A DNA stretch of 64,000 nucleotides from a virus, in the IMG/VR virus record IMGVR_UViG_3300027708_000030, positions 32,001 to 96,000 of that record. One strand, written 5' to 3'. The number at the start of each line of letters is the position of its first letter. Positions within the stretch are counted from its first letter, which is position 1. The position numbers were made by a program, and so were the translations under genes. Shown here one piece after another: positions 24,632 to 34,545 of this stretch. A model generated the notes under the pieces. The model saw only the letters and a program-made list of their open reading frames with translations. It was not told where the DNA came from and made no database searches.

Positions 24632-25242
24632 TGGATGGATTTAAGGCATATCGTTATTACCTAGCAATTAAACTTCACTTTACCACAGACAGATTTAATG
24701 TTTTTGAGAACAGAGGTAGTGTTCGTGGTACTCGTGAGGCATTTAATGCTCGTAATGATAGATACATATTTGAGAAGTTAGCGAACAAACGACCAGATGA
24801 TAAAGATATCATACAGTTTTTTGTATCCAACTTTGCATATGGTAATGACCAAGCAATTTATGCTGGACAAGAAGCAGAAGACAATTATTTACAATGGCAG
24901 AAACGAAAACAATCGATGACTAAGATTTTCGTTGATGATTTGGCATCACTAATAACACACATTGAATTAAACAAGTTGAAACCCACTGCAATATTTCAAT
25001 TTACAGAAAACGAATATCCTGTAGCATTAAAATTATTCGTTGGTGGTAAAATTGCAATAGAAACATTAAATATTATAGACGATATGACTGGAATGCTTGA
25101 CGACTGGGTAACTCATCCATCTGTAAGATACATTTGGGAAGATGAGATGCGAAGAATTAAAAAGTTGACTGGATTCGTGAAATACGATAAAATAAAGATT
25201 GGCAAAATCTTCAGTCATTTTAAGGAAGAAATTGCAGAGTAA
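24631..25242 (+). CDS. gp59: helicase loader gp59
   Basis: Y..YLAIKLHF, R.DRYIFEKL, FFVSNF, IETL. Confidence 0.88.
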   Translation: MDGFKAYRYYLAIKLHFTTDRFNVFENRGSVRGTREAFNARNDRYIFEKLANKRPDDKDIIQFFVSNFAYGNDQAIYAGQEAEDNYLQWQKRKQSMTKIFVDDLASLITHIELNKLKPTAIFQFTENEYPVALKLFVGGKIAIETLNIIDDMTGMLDDWVTHPSVRYIWEDEMRRIKKLTGFVKYDKIKIGKIFSHFKEEIAE

Positions 25243-25243
25243 T

Positions 25244-25441
25244 ATGGGCAGGACATATCATAAGTCATCAAGAAGTTTTGATGACACAGAATTTGGTAAT
25301 CGTTTAGGGAAACCTGCCAAACATTCAAACGGTAAAAAAACTGGTGGAATGAGAACGATAAATAGTTATGTTGAAGAAGATTATGATGACTCAGATGATG
25401 AGTTTGACATAGATGAAACTACAGATACTAAAAATACTTAA
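25244..25441 (+). CDS. small hypothetical protein
   Basis: Basic N-terminus, acidic C-terminus; lies between gp59 and gp32. Confidence 0.55.
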   Translation: MGRTYHKSSRSFDDTEFGNRLGKPAKHSNGKKTGGMRTINSYVEEDYDDSDDEFDIDETTDTKNT

Positions 25442-25467
25442 CATACATTTAATACAAAGGAAATACG

Positions 25468-26373
25468 ATGGATATTCAATCACTACGCAAAATGCGCAAC
25501 TCAGACTTTGGTGCAATCTCTAATGCATTCGAAAAAGTCGCAAATCCCCAATCCGAAACAAAATCTTTTACCGATGATCGCTTTTGGCGATTAGAAGGTG
25601 ACAAAGCAGGTAATGGCACAGCCACTATCCGTTTCTTGCCACGTGTAGAAGGTGATGAACTCCCATGGGTTCGTATCTTTTCTCATGGCTTTCAAGGACC
25701 AACTGGTAAGTGGTATATCGAAAACTCACTAACAACTCTTGGTGAGAACGATCCAGTGGGTGAGTTAAATACCCAACTTTGGAACTCTGGTTCTGAAGCA
25801 AACAAAGAAATCGCACGTAAACAAAAGCGTCGTCTTTCTTTTACTGCCAACATTCTTATTGTGTCTGATCCAAAGCACCCAGAGAATGAAGGTAAAGTAT
25901 TCTTGTGGAAATTTGGCAAGAAAATCTTTGATAAGATCATGGACAAAGCACGTCCAACATTTGAAGATGAAAAACCAGTCAATGTGTTTGACTTCTGGGA
26001 AGGTGCAAACTTCAAACTCCGTATGCGTAAGAAAGATGGTTACGCAAACTATGATGAGTCTGCATTTATGGAGCCATCAGCAATTGGTTCTGATGATGAG
26101 ATCGTTAAGATCGCTTCTGCTCAAGTCAAGTTGGCTGAGTTTACAGATCGTAAGAACTTTAAGTCTTATGATGAGTTGAAGAAGAAACTCAATGAGGTTT
26201 TATCTGGTGATTCTTTTGCTAGCAAGTCTGCTGCACAGATCGCTGAAGATGAAGATCGTCCAGTAGCATCTGCACCAAAGATCGCTTCTAAACCTGCGCC
26301 AGCACCTAAGGCGATAGAAGAAGACGATGATGATGTTATGTCTTATTTTGAGAAGATTGCTAAAGAAGATTAA
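25468..26373 (+). CDS. gp32: ssDNA-binding protein gp32
   Basis: DDRFW..DKAGNG.A.IRFLP, WYIENSLTT, GKKIFDKI, NYDES.F, acidic tail. Confidence 0.95.
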   Translation: MDIQSLRKMRNSDFGAISNAFEKVANPQSETKSFTDDRFWRLEGDKAGNGTATIRFLPRVEGDELPWVRIFSHGFQGPTGKWYIENSLTTLGENDPVGELNTQLWNSGSEANKEIARKQKRRLSFTANILIVSDPKHPENEGKVFLWKFGKKIFDKIMDKARPTFEDEKPVNVFDFWEGANFKLRMRKKDGYANYDESAFMEPSAIGSDDEIVKIASAQVKLAEFTDRKNFKSYDELKKKLNEVLSGDSFASKSAAQIAEDEDRPVASAPKIASKPAPAPKAIEEDDDDVMSYFEKIAKED

Positions 26374-26390
26374 TCTTTAGGTTAGAAATG

Positions 26391-26420
26391 AAAATGGGAT
26401 CTTTATGATCCCATTTTTTA
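26391..26420. terminator. bidirectional terminator
   Basis: AAAATGGGATC-TTTAT-GATCCCATTTTTT between convergent genes. Confidence 0.8.
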
Positions 26421-28433
26421 TGCGTATCTAGTTTGTATGTATCTAGATTGAGATGATTCTTGATTTCGAATCGGAGACTTAATAACTTGATTAGTACTAG
26501 AGTTATTAGTGACTGGAGCATTGACCACATTGGTCTTATTACCACCACCTCCGCCAGCAGTAGCACTGGCATCAGCATTTGCTCTAGATCCACCTTCAAC
26601 TGCACCAGCTGGACGTAACGCTGCACCCATTGCTGCAATTTTGTCAATCGGAAGTTCAGAGATTGCCTTAATTGTTTTAGTATCAATTGACGAGAATTTA
26701 CCCAGACCAGTTGCCAAAGCCATAACACCATCACCAGCTGCTTTGATATCTTGTCCACGTTCACCCATCATCATAATCTGTTCAACTGGAGATTTTCCAG
26801 GAGTGACTAGATTTAAGAATCCACCAACTAGATTACCGATACCAGCTGCAGCTGTTCCAGCACCGAACACTGCCATGCCTGCACCAATAGCTGCAAGACC
26901 AGCACCAACCATAAGAAGATTGTTACCATCTAGTTTGCCAAGTGTCTCTATTCCAGCAGTCATCTCGGCAAAACCTTTACCAACTGCCTGCATTGCTTCA
27001 CCAATAACCCAAAGTGCAGCACCCATTGCACCTAAAGCAAGAGCACCAGTAAAGATTAATGGTGCAGCAGTACCAGCAATAGCACCGATAACTCCAAGAC
27101 CAGCAACTGCAGCCATACCTTTAGCGATTGTTTCCCAGTCTAATTCAGCGAATGTTCCAAGCGCAGCACCGATACCCCATGTTGCCAAAGCAAGAATACC
27201 CAGTGCTGCAGCACCAGCAATAATGTTACCCTTAACTTTATCTAAAGCCAGTGCAGCAATGACTAATCCACCAAGAGCAACCATACCCTTACCGATAGAT
27301 TCCCATTCAATATTACCAAAGTTTTCGAATGCTTTAGAAGCAACCCAAAGAGCACCAGCAATGGCAATTAAACCAATACCGAATTTCTTCATTCCTTCAA
27401 GTGCCTTACCAAACTTACCACCTCCACCAGAATCACCACCACTTTCTTCAGCAGGTTTTGCCTTTTGCGCAGGAGAATCGCCACGAGTATTCTGTTCAAT
27501 CTTAATCAAAAGATCGTCCATCTTTTCTTCGTGTTTGGCTTGTTCTAGTTCTCGCTCTTCATTTGCACCTGAATCAGCAAATTGTTGAGTAGGAGATTCT
27601 TTCTTAACTACTGAATCTGTTAAACTAGAAGAATCTCGTTTAACCAATCCTGCTTTAAGATCACTCTTGGCATATTCATTGGATAAGTCGTCACGTTTAC
27701 TTAGAAGTCGTTTACCTTCTTTGGTCTTTGAAAGATCGGCTTCAGACATCCCAGTATCTTTCTTAAACTGAGATAACTCTGACTCATTTCGTTTAATTTC
27801 TTTTGCTGTTTTATTTGCAGATTCAAATTTAGTTCCAAGAGTTTTGCGATCGTCTTCAGAACCAAGTTTACGTTGAGTTTGGATGAACTTCTCTTTAGCG
27901 ATAGACTTATTGAAGATACCACCAACATTAAATGCCTTAAGAGCAGTAACTTTAAGAGCAGACATTGAACCAAAGTTATCCTTTAGTTTCTTACCCATAT
28001 CTCTAAATTTATCACCCATCGTTTCAAAAGTCTGCATACCTTTTGCGATATTGGCGATTGCTTTGACTTCTTCCTTACGAAGTTGTAGATTCTCTTTTAG
28101 AGCATCGTTGGCTTCTTTGATCTTTAACTTTTCTTGATCTTTCAGTTTAATGGCTTCTAATTTTGCTTCATTAAACTGTTTGTCTTGTAGTTGAGCAATC
28201 AATGCTTCTTTAATATCTTTCATCATAGCCGACTGAGCAATTTGTTCAGCCAACTGTTGCTGGTTTGCGCCAGCCTGAGCCATAGAAGACTCTAATTGTT
28301 TGATGGCAGTTTCATTAGCCTTTGCCTGTTCTGAAAGTAACTTTGAAAAGGCAGCACTGTCCCATGCATTAACATTAGTTGTTGTGCTAACATTAACTAC
28401 TGGTGGCTGATTTTTACTGTTTCGTTTTGCCAT
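26418..28433 (-). CDS. baseplate hub / tape-measure-like protein (gp29-like)
   Basis: Helical N-terminal half, repetitive Ala/Gly hydrophobic helices, Asn-rich tail; follows gp51. Confidence 0.6.
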   Translation of the reverse strand: MAKRNSKNQPPVVNVSTTTNVNAWDSAAFSKLLSEQAKANETAIKQLESSMAQAGANQQQLAEQIAQSAMMKDIKEALIAQLQDKQFNEAKLEAIKLKDQEKLKIKEANDALKENLQLRKEEVKAIANIAKGMQTFETMGDKFRDMGKKLKDNFGSMSALKVTALKAFNVGGIFNKSIAKEKFIQTQRKLGSEDDRKTLGTKFESANKTAKEIKRNESELSQFKKDTGMSEADLSKTKEGKRLLSKRDDLSNEYAKSDLKAGLVKRDSSSLTDSVVKKESPTQQFADSGANEERELEQAKHEEKMDDLLIKIEQNTRGDSPAQKAKPAEESGGDSGGGGKFGKALEGMKKFGIGLIAIAGALWVASKAFENFGNIEWESIGKGMVALGGLVIAALALDKVKGNIIAGAAALGILALATWGIGAALGTFAELDWETIAKGMAAVAGLGVIGAIAGTAAPLIFTGALALGAMGAALWVIGEAMQAVGKGFAEMTAGIETLGKLDGNNLLMVGAGLAAIGAGMAVFGAGTAAAGIGNLVGGFLNLVTPGKSPVEQIMMMGERGQDIKAAGDGVMALATGLGKFSSIDTKTIKAISELPIDKIAAMGAALRPAGAVEGGSRANADASATAGGGGGNKTNVVNAPVTNNSSTNQVIKSPIRNQESSQSRYIQTRYA

Positions 28434-28436
28434 CTA

Positions 28437-28619
28437 TTACATCCTCTTTTTGGATTCGATTCTTTTCTTTTCTTCTTCAAGATATTGGATTAACATGAAG
28501 ACATATACTTCTCGTTCGAAAGGTATCATTTCTTCTAACTCAGCCAAAGAGTATTTGTGGTACTGCATCATCGCAAAATTCATTTTATAATAGTTCTCGA
28601 GCGATTCATGACTGAGCAA
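28437..28619 (-). CDS. gp51: baseplate hub assembly protein gp51-like
   Basis: L.NYY..NFAMMQYHKYSL.ELE.MIPFEREVY. Confidence 0.85.
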   Translation of the reverse strand: MLSHESLENYYKMNFAMMQYHKYSLAELEEMIPFEREVYVFMLIQYLEEEKKRIESKKRM

Positions 28620-28621
28620 TA

Positions 28622-29344
28622 CTAAAAAAAACTTTGGAGTCCCTCCAATACCTTAATATGATGTCTGCTACATACAGGGCAATCATATTCAATGTGTTTT
28701 CTAACTTTCGGCATTGTCTCAAAGAATTGTTGAATTTTTAAGAACTGGTCTGAAGTTAAATTTTCAATAAACGCTAATAATTCTTGTTTAGTGCTTTCTT
28801 TAGCATAAAATAGTTCTTCACCATCATAAATGTAATCAATAGATAAAGCCATAATATCAAAGACTGTATCTAAGTCATTAGTATCAAAACCTTCTAACTT
28901 TTTAATAACATCAACTGTAGGATATTTCATCACTACACCAACATCATTAAATAACGCAATATTGTTTGTATGTCCCTCACCCTTTTCAACTGTTATTGTG
29001 GATAAATCAACACGAACAGTTGCTTTGGCTTTTTCATTCTGTTCACCATGATCTAAATCACAGGAGAATGTTAAATCAACATTTTCACCAACAGACTTAC
29101 CACGGATCTGAGTAAACATATACTCTAGATCAAATGTTGCTAATTTCTCAACATCAATTTTATCTTGCACGCAAGTCTTAACGATTCCCTTTAGGGTTTC
29201 AATCATTGTTACTACATCTTCGGATTGCTGAGCAATCAAAAGTGCTTTTTCCTCTTTAACGAGGAATGGACGATATCTTACTGTCGCTCCACTTGACGGC
29301 ACAACCATTGTATAGGTTGGCGTATTCATAATTGGCAAAGCCAT
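28622..29344 (-). CDS. gp26: baseplate hub subunit gp26
   Basis: MALP...PTY, YRPFLVKEEK, FDLEY.F.QIR.KSVGE, LEGLQSFF. Confidence 0.88.
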   Translation of the reverse strand: MALPIMNTPTYTMVVPSSGATVRYRPFLVKEEKALLIAQQSEDVVTMIETLKGIVKTCVQDKIDVEKLATFDLEYMFTQIRGKSVGENVDLTFSCDLDHGEQNEKAKATVRVDLSTITVEKGEGHTNNIALFNDVGVVMKYPTVDVIKKLEGFDTNDLDTVFDIMALSIDYIYDGEELFYAKESTKQELLAFIENLTSDQFLKIQQFFETMPKVRKHIEYDCPVCSRHHIKVLEGLQSFF

Positions 29345-29346
29345 AA

Positions 29347-29760
29347 TTATTCTCCTTTAGACATATTCTTGATTAACTTATTCAATTCAGCAGTGCTACC
29401 TGTAAAGATAACATTGTTATTCGTCACTTCTTTTCTAGACCCTTCTTTCGGTGCATCTAGTTTTTGCTTCTGTTGATGTAGATCCAATAACTGTTGGTTT
29501 ATATCAGCCAACTGTTTCATTAGATTTCCAACAACTTCAAATGCTCTTGGATGCTCAGACTGCATAGCCACATCAAGTGACTTCTGTAGTGCTTCCTGTC
29601 CTTGCTGTAATAAAATACGAAGATTGTTTCGAGATATTTCAAAGTCATCTTCAATCTTATTATTCGATGGGATTATGACTTCCCCTTGTTTTGTAATCAC
29701 TTCATTTTTTGTCATTGGTTCTATATCAAACACCTCAGACAAACTATCATCAATTTTCAT
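29347..29760 (-). CDS. gp16: terminase small subunit gp16
   Basis: DFE.SR.NL..L...G, SEHPRAFEV, NNN.IF.GST.EL. Confidence 0.8.
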   Translation of the reverse strand: MKIDDSLSEVFDIEPMTKNEVITKQGEVIIPSNNKIEDDFEISRNNLRILLQQGQEALQKSLDVAMQSEHPRAFEVVGNLMKQLADINQQLLDLHQQKQKLDAPKEGSRKEVTNNNVIFTGSTAELNKLIKNMSKGE

Positions 29761-29786
29761 TATACAATCCTAACTGTATTTATTTC

Positions 29787-30533
29787 TTAAAATTTCAATA
29801 GACTTGGTAATCTAGTCACACCATAACTCAACACAGCACCAGTAACAAAGTTACCTGCTCCACCCAAAGTCTTATTCAGACTCTCTTGAAATCCAGTAAA
29901 GTTACTTGTAAATTTATCAATCAAACTTGTTGATATAACTTGTTCATTTGGAAGTTCAGATACTGGAGTTGCAGTCCAATTTTTATATTGCATTTGAACT
30001 GTTAACTTCATGATATCTTTGGAAGCATAATCCAACTGAATTGTTCCTATATTTTTAGGATAACATTCAGATAATTTTAATTGATATCTCTTTTTGTCAT
30101 TAATATCTTGAACTTCAATATCAATTTGAGTTGTATAGTCGTTATAGTAACCATATGTTCTGGTGTTTGGATTAGAAATAACATTCATCCAGTCATCAAA
30201 CATTTCTTTAACTTTCATTTCTGTATCAACATAAAAAGAAAGAGATAAACTATCATATAGTTTCTCATATGGAACTTCACGGAATTCACCGAAGACTCTA
30301 TTCTGAACTGTTGAATAATTAGCACCTGGAAGTTGCGCTTGATCACAAAACAATAAAATATTTTGTGTTGAAGTATTACTCCATCCAGGAACTTTAGTAA
30401 TGTTTACTGCATATCTGTTTGTTCTAGCGATACCACCAGTTTTAACCTGAGCAACAAAGTTTTGTATAGGTTTAGCCTTTGGATTATTTTCTCGTTTAGT
30501 ATCTTTAGTGCCAAATGGTAAATTTAATGCCAT
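29787..30533 (-). CDS. tail tube-like baseplate protein (gp54/gp19 family)
   Basis: GIAR.NRY.V, C..AQLPG, FDDWM, YPK.IG.IQLDY. Confidence 0.75.
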   Translation of the reverse strand: MALNLPFGTKDTKRENNPKAKPIQNFVAQVKTGGIARTNRYAVNITKVPGWSNTSTQNILLFCDQAQLPGANYSTVQNRVFGEFREVPYEKLYDSLSLSFYVDTEMKVKEMFDDWMNVISNPNTRTYGYYNDYTTQIDIEVQDINDKKRYQLKLSECYPKNIGTIQLDYASKDIMKLTVQMQYKNWTATPVSELPNEQVISTSLIDKFTSNFTGFQESLNKTLGGAGNFVTGAVLSYGVTRLPSLLKF

Positions 30534-30534
30534 T

Positions 30535-31137
30535 CTATGCCTTTCTAATTATTTTGGTCGATTCAGACCAAATTTCTTGTTTGTTTGCACCAACAAATCG
30601 TTCAACTGGAAGTAACATAGCAGTTGCCCAGTCTCCTGAAGAGATCTGTCTAAACTGAGATCTAACATGCCCCATCAGATATTGTTTTACGCATGGTTGT
30701 GCTGCAGCAAATCTAGATACTCCATCTATAACTTGCCACGAGTATTTTAATCTAGTGGTTTCGTCTAGTCTATTGTTACTCTTGAATGTCATTAGTCTAT
30801 CAAGCAATACGATTCTTAATTTATACGGTAAGTAATGCATATTCAAACCAATAAAACCATCTTGTGTTGCAGAGAATGGAAATACTAAAGGAAACCTATC
30901 GTAGTAAGGTAATTCCTTTTTCATCTTTGGATCATATGCATACATATACAATCTTCCAGGCATTACTCTAGTGACCAATTGATCAGCATTTCCACTCAGA
31001 ATTTTTCCTGGAGTGAGTTGTTGCTTATTCAGTTTGGTGACTTCTTTCTCGAACCAGCCCTTAGACTTATTAGCCACAGTGGCTAAGTCATATTTGTTGT
31101 GTTCGAATACGTCTTTGAATGTTGGTTTTGTAGCCAT
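30535..31137 (-). CDS. gp2: DNA end protector gp2
   Basis: YDPK.K..LPYYDRFPL, GLNMHYLP, CVKQYL..HVRS. Confidence 0.88.
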   Translation of the reverse strand: MATKPTFKDVFEHNKYDLATVANKSKGWFEKEVTKLNKQQLTPGKILSGNADQLVTRVMPGRLYMYAYDPKMKKELPYYDRFPLVFPFSATQDGFIGLNMHYLPYKLRIVLLDRLMTFKSNNRLDETTRLKYSWQVIDGVSRFAAAQPCVKQYLMGHVRSQFRQISSGDWATAMLLPVERFVGANKQEIWSESTKIIRKA

Positions 31138-31142
31138 AATTA

Positions 31143-31574
31143 CTATTTAGGTGATAATCCCAACTCGTGCTCGGTTATAATTTTGAACTCCCAATTCCTG
31201 TCTTTTGCGTATTCTGTTGCTGCAGACCACTTTGCTTGGTTCTTCATGAATGTTAGGGATTCCAATAAATATCTCTGGGTTCGTTTTCCAGGAAATATAG
31301 GTGGTTGACATTGCGCTGCAGGTTTGACTTCCACTAAGTAAGTCTTCCCTGTAGTTACCGTTATTTTGAAATCTACAAAGTAACGATGAATACGATTATC
31401 CGTGGGACACTTATAAGGTATAACTGTCTCTTCTGAATTCCACTTTAATACCCCAGGATTTTTATCACACCATCCAGCAAAACGAGTTTCCCAAGAGGAT
31501 CTCATTATGATGTTTGTTGGATCACCTGTGTATTTTTCAGGAAATATTGGAACGAATCTTCTTTTATGGAACAT
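31143..31574 (-). CDS. gp4: head completion nuclease gp4
   Basis: P..PEKY.GD, RSSWE, HRYFVDF, EVKP, NQAKW.AA, ITE.EL. Confidence 0.9.
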   Translation of the reverse strand: MFHKRRFVPIFPEKYTGDPTNIIMRSSWETRFAGWCDKNPGVLKWNSEETVIPYKCPTDNRIHRYFVDFKITVTTGKTYLVEVKPAAQCQPPIFPGKRTQRYLLESLTFMKNQAKWSAATEYAKDRNWEFKIITEHELGLSPK

Positions 31575-31600
31575 AAATAACTAATAGGATAAATAACCAC
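31574..31600 (+). promoter_or_regulatory. T4-like late promoter(s)
   Basis: ATAAATA twice before gp48; the same NTAAATA recurs before many late genes (e.g. ~38034, 42689, 44149, 52602, 54867, 56817, 58641, 63533). Confidence 0.65.
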
Positions 31601-31625
31601 CATTTATTTAGGTTAAAGGTACAAA

Positions 31626-32777
31626 ATGGCGATAGAATACGACCAACTGGGTAATGCGATTAGCGGATCATATGACGGGATTCCAACTCCTCCGTCGCCA
31701 TCCGCAGCAATTCCATCAATCCCAAAACCAGGAAAAGCACCATATACTCCAAATGAATTCAAAAAGGATACACCATATAGTGTAGGTAACTATATGTATC
31801 CATCTGATTTAATGGCAGACGATGGGCGTTATGGTGGTAATTATGTAATTTTTTATATTAATGTAGTTGAAGATTCTAAGTTATTCAATGATACAAGCAT
31901 AGAGACTGTTAATGATTTAACACCAAGAGATTCTGGTGACTTAGCTGCAATGAAACTAAATGATAAACAACTAATCACAGGAAACGCTGCAGTAAATACA
32001 ATTACTGGTTTAGCTGGTGGTAGTATTGTTGGTAAAGGTGTTACAGGTGCTCTAAAAGGTGCAGCTGTTGCCAATATTCCTACTGTTGGTGTTGGAATCG
32101 CAGCAACACTTGCTCCAGAAGCCAAACGATCAAAGAAAAGATTAAAGACTGCTATCGCACTTCATATTCCAAATCAATTGTCTATTCGTTATGGCATGCA
32201 GTGGAATGAAGATGACACTGCTGCATTAGCAATGGCTGCAGTTGGTTCAGGTGAGATTATGAAAGCGATGGGAGATGGTGGTAGTATGAAAGATGTTACC
32301 GATGTTGGTACAGCTATTATCGCCAATATCGCATTATCCAAAGGACCAATGGCTGCAGCAAATTCTAAAGCACTTGGTCTAGCAGCAAATCCAAAGAAAG
32401 AACAAATCTTTAAGGGTGTTGATTTTAGAACATTTGCTTTTGATTACCAATTTTATCCAAGAAGTGCTGAAGAAGCACAAAATGTTTTAAGAATTATTGA
32501 ACAGTTTAAGTATCACATGCACCCAGAATTTAAAGATACCAATAATTTTATTTACGTATATCCTTCTGAGTTTGATGTTTTTTATTACCAAGGTACTAAA
32601 GAAAACATGAATTTACATCGTCACACATCATGTGTATTAAGTGAGATGAATGTAAACTATACACCAAATGGATCATTCACTACTTTTGCAAATGGTATGC
32701 CAACGCAGATTAATGTAACATTATCCTTCAAAGAACTTGCCCTTCTATCCAAAGAGAAGATTAAGGATGGTCTATAA
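31626..32777 (+). CDS. gp48: baseplate tail tube cap gp48
   Basis: NP..EQIFKG..FRTF.F.YQFYP.S..EA, YPSEF, VNYTPNG, L.FKE. Confidence 0.85.
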   Translation: MAIEYDQLGNAISGSYDGIPTPPSPSAAIPSIPKPGKAPYTPNEFKKDTPYSVGNYMYPSDLMADDGRYGGNYVIFYINVVEDSKLFNDTSIETVNDLTPRDSGDLAAMKLNDKQLITGNAAVNTITGLAGGSIVGKGVTGALKGAAVANIPTVGVGIAATLAPEAKRSKKRLKTAIALHIPNQLSIRYGMQWNEDDTAALAMAAVGSGEIMKAMGDGGSMKDVTDVGTAIIANIALSKGPMAAANSKALGLAANPKKEQIFKGVDFRTFAFDYQFYPRSAEEAQNVLRIIEQFKYHMHPEFKDTNNFIYVYPSEFDVFYYQGTKENMNLHRHTSCVLSEMNVNYTPNGSFTTFANGMPTQINVTLSFKELALLSKEKIKDGL

Positions 32778-33268
32778 TGTACTTCAAAGATTTTCCAAAT
32801 TTTATTTACCAATTCAAAGTTGGAAATACAACCAAAACATCATTGGTAAAAGATATAACAAGAAACATTCGTTTCCGTAGAGATGTTCTTGCAAATATAA
32901 CAGTATACGATGAGTATGATATTGTTGATGGAGAAACTCCAGAAATCATCGCTGAGAAAATATACGGCAATCCAGAGTATCATTGGATCATTATGTTAGC
33001 CAATGATCGTTATGATTATATTGAAGATTTTCCTCTTGCTGAGTATCAACTAGTCAAAGTCATTGCTTCAAAATATCCAGGAACTGAAAACAATATTCAT
33101 CACTATGTTGATGCAAAAGGTTTTATTGTAAACTCTAATGCACCTGGAGCCGTATCGGTTTCAAATGAAAAAGATGAGAGAAATAAAAATGAAGCGAAAC
33201 GAAGAATAAAAATTATTTCACAAAACATTATTAATACAATATTAAAAGATTATAAAGATCTCATATAA
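32777..33268 (+). CDS. gp53: baseplate wedge gp53
   Basis: YFK.FP, DGETPEIIA.K.YG...YHWII, N..KR.IK. Confidence 0.88.
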   Translation: MYFKDFPNFIYQFKVGNTTKTSLVKDITRNIRFRRDVLANITVYDEYDIVDGETPEIIAEKIYGNPEYHWIIMLANDRYDYIEDFPLAEYQLVKVIASKYPGTENNIHHYVDAKGFIVNSNAPGAVSVSNEKDERNKNEAKRRIKIISQNIINTILKDYKDLI

Positions 33269-34545
33269 TGCCATCTAGTAAGCCAATTAGATTTGCTGGC
33301 GACGTCAGCATTGATAAAGTTAGGATAGTCACCAGTAAGGGTGTTTATCAAGACATCACTGCGCAAGTAATTACTATCCAGATTTATGAGGACTTGTTCT
33401 CACCATTTATCACTGGAAGTTTGATTATTAAAGATTCACTGGACTTGGTTAATCTGTTACCATTTGCAGGTGAAGAACAAGTTGAATTAGAGATCTCAAC
33501 TCCATCTCTTAAGCGTGGAAACATTAAAGGTAAATATTACATTTACAAATTGACAGATCGTGAATTGCTTGGTGACAGATCGGTAGTCTATCAACTACAC
33601 TTTATTTCAACTGAGGCTGTTGTTGATTTAAACAAAAAGGTAAGTAAAGTATTCAGTGGTAAAATATCAGATATTGTCAGTACTTTTATTAAAAATAAAA
33701 CTTACGGACTAGAATCTACTAAAGAGTTGGTCATTGAAACTACCTCAAATAATATTAAATACATTTCTAATTATTGGACTCCAGTACAAAACATTATGTA
33801 TTGTGCCGAGCATTCTGCCAATAAGAATAAAATACCAAACTTTGTATTCTTTGAAAATAGAGATGGATTTTACTACACCAGTTTGGATACTTTATATACT
33901 TCAGATGTTTATCAAAGTTTTGTATACGACAGATATACTCGTGACGAACAAAAGAAAAGCGGAAGTGTTCGTAATGTTGAAGAAGATTACAGAAGAATAA
34001 CTGGTATTAGTATTCCAGTTGGTTTTGATTACATCGATAGAATTCGTAGTGGTATGTTATCGTCTAAAATTATCTCGTATGATTTAACAAAGAAAACATA
34101 TACTGCCAAGAATTATAATATGTTCCAGAACTTTGACAAACAAAAACATCTTAATGAGAATGCTATTAGTTCTGATAGTTCTATTTTTAGAGCCAACTCA
34201 TTAATCATAAACACTCCAAGAAACTATGGTAATTTTAATGGATATGGAGATGTCACTGCCTTTAAGACTACACAACAGCGTGTGTCATTAATGAAGTTGG
34301 CAGAAGCAAATAAATTAGAGATAACTGTTCCTGGAAGATCAGACTATACAGTTGGTCAAAAAGTTAATGTTACTTTAAACAAAATTGAACCTATCACTAA
34401 AAAAGAACAAGACATCACAGATAAAATGTTCTCTGGTAATTATCTAATCTCAGCCATTAATCACTATGTGGATAGAAATAAACATGAATGTCATATTGAA
34501 TTGGTCAAAGAAACTTTACAATATAATTTGAATGGAAAGAAATAA
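33268..34545 (+). CDS. baseplate hub protein (gp27-like)
   Basis: IYEDLF..FITG, GEE, FFEN.DGF, VPG, SG.YLI.AINH; lies between gp53 and gp5. Confidence 0.7.
   Translation: MPSSKPIRFAGDVSIDKVRIVTSKGVYQDITAQVITIQIYEDLFSPFITGSLIIKDSLDLVNLLPFAGEEQVELEISTPSLKRGNIKGKYYIYKLTDRELLGDRSVVYQLHFISTEAVVDLNKKVSKVFSGKISDIVSTFIKNKTYGLESTKELVIETTSNNIKYISNYWTPVQNIMYCAEHSANKNKIPNFVFFENRDGFYYTSLDTLYTSDVYQSFVYDRYTRDEQKKSGSVRNVEEDYRRITGISIPVGFDYIDRIRSGMLSSKIISYDLTKKTYTAKNYNMFQNFDKQKHLNENAISSDSSIFRANSLIINTPRNYGNFNGYGDVTAFKTTQQRVSLMKLAEANKLEITVPGRSDYTVGQKVNVTLNKIEPITKKEQDITDKMFSGNYLISAINHYVDRNKHECHIELVKETLQYNLNGKK

Noticed and set aside
26509-27588. 359-aa plus-strand ORF
   Set aside because: Antisense shadow of the Ala/Gly-rich minus-strand gene; no RBS or independent motifs.
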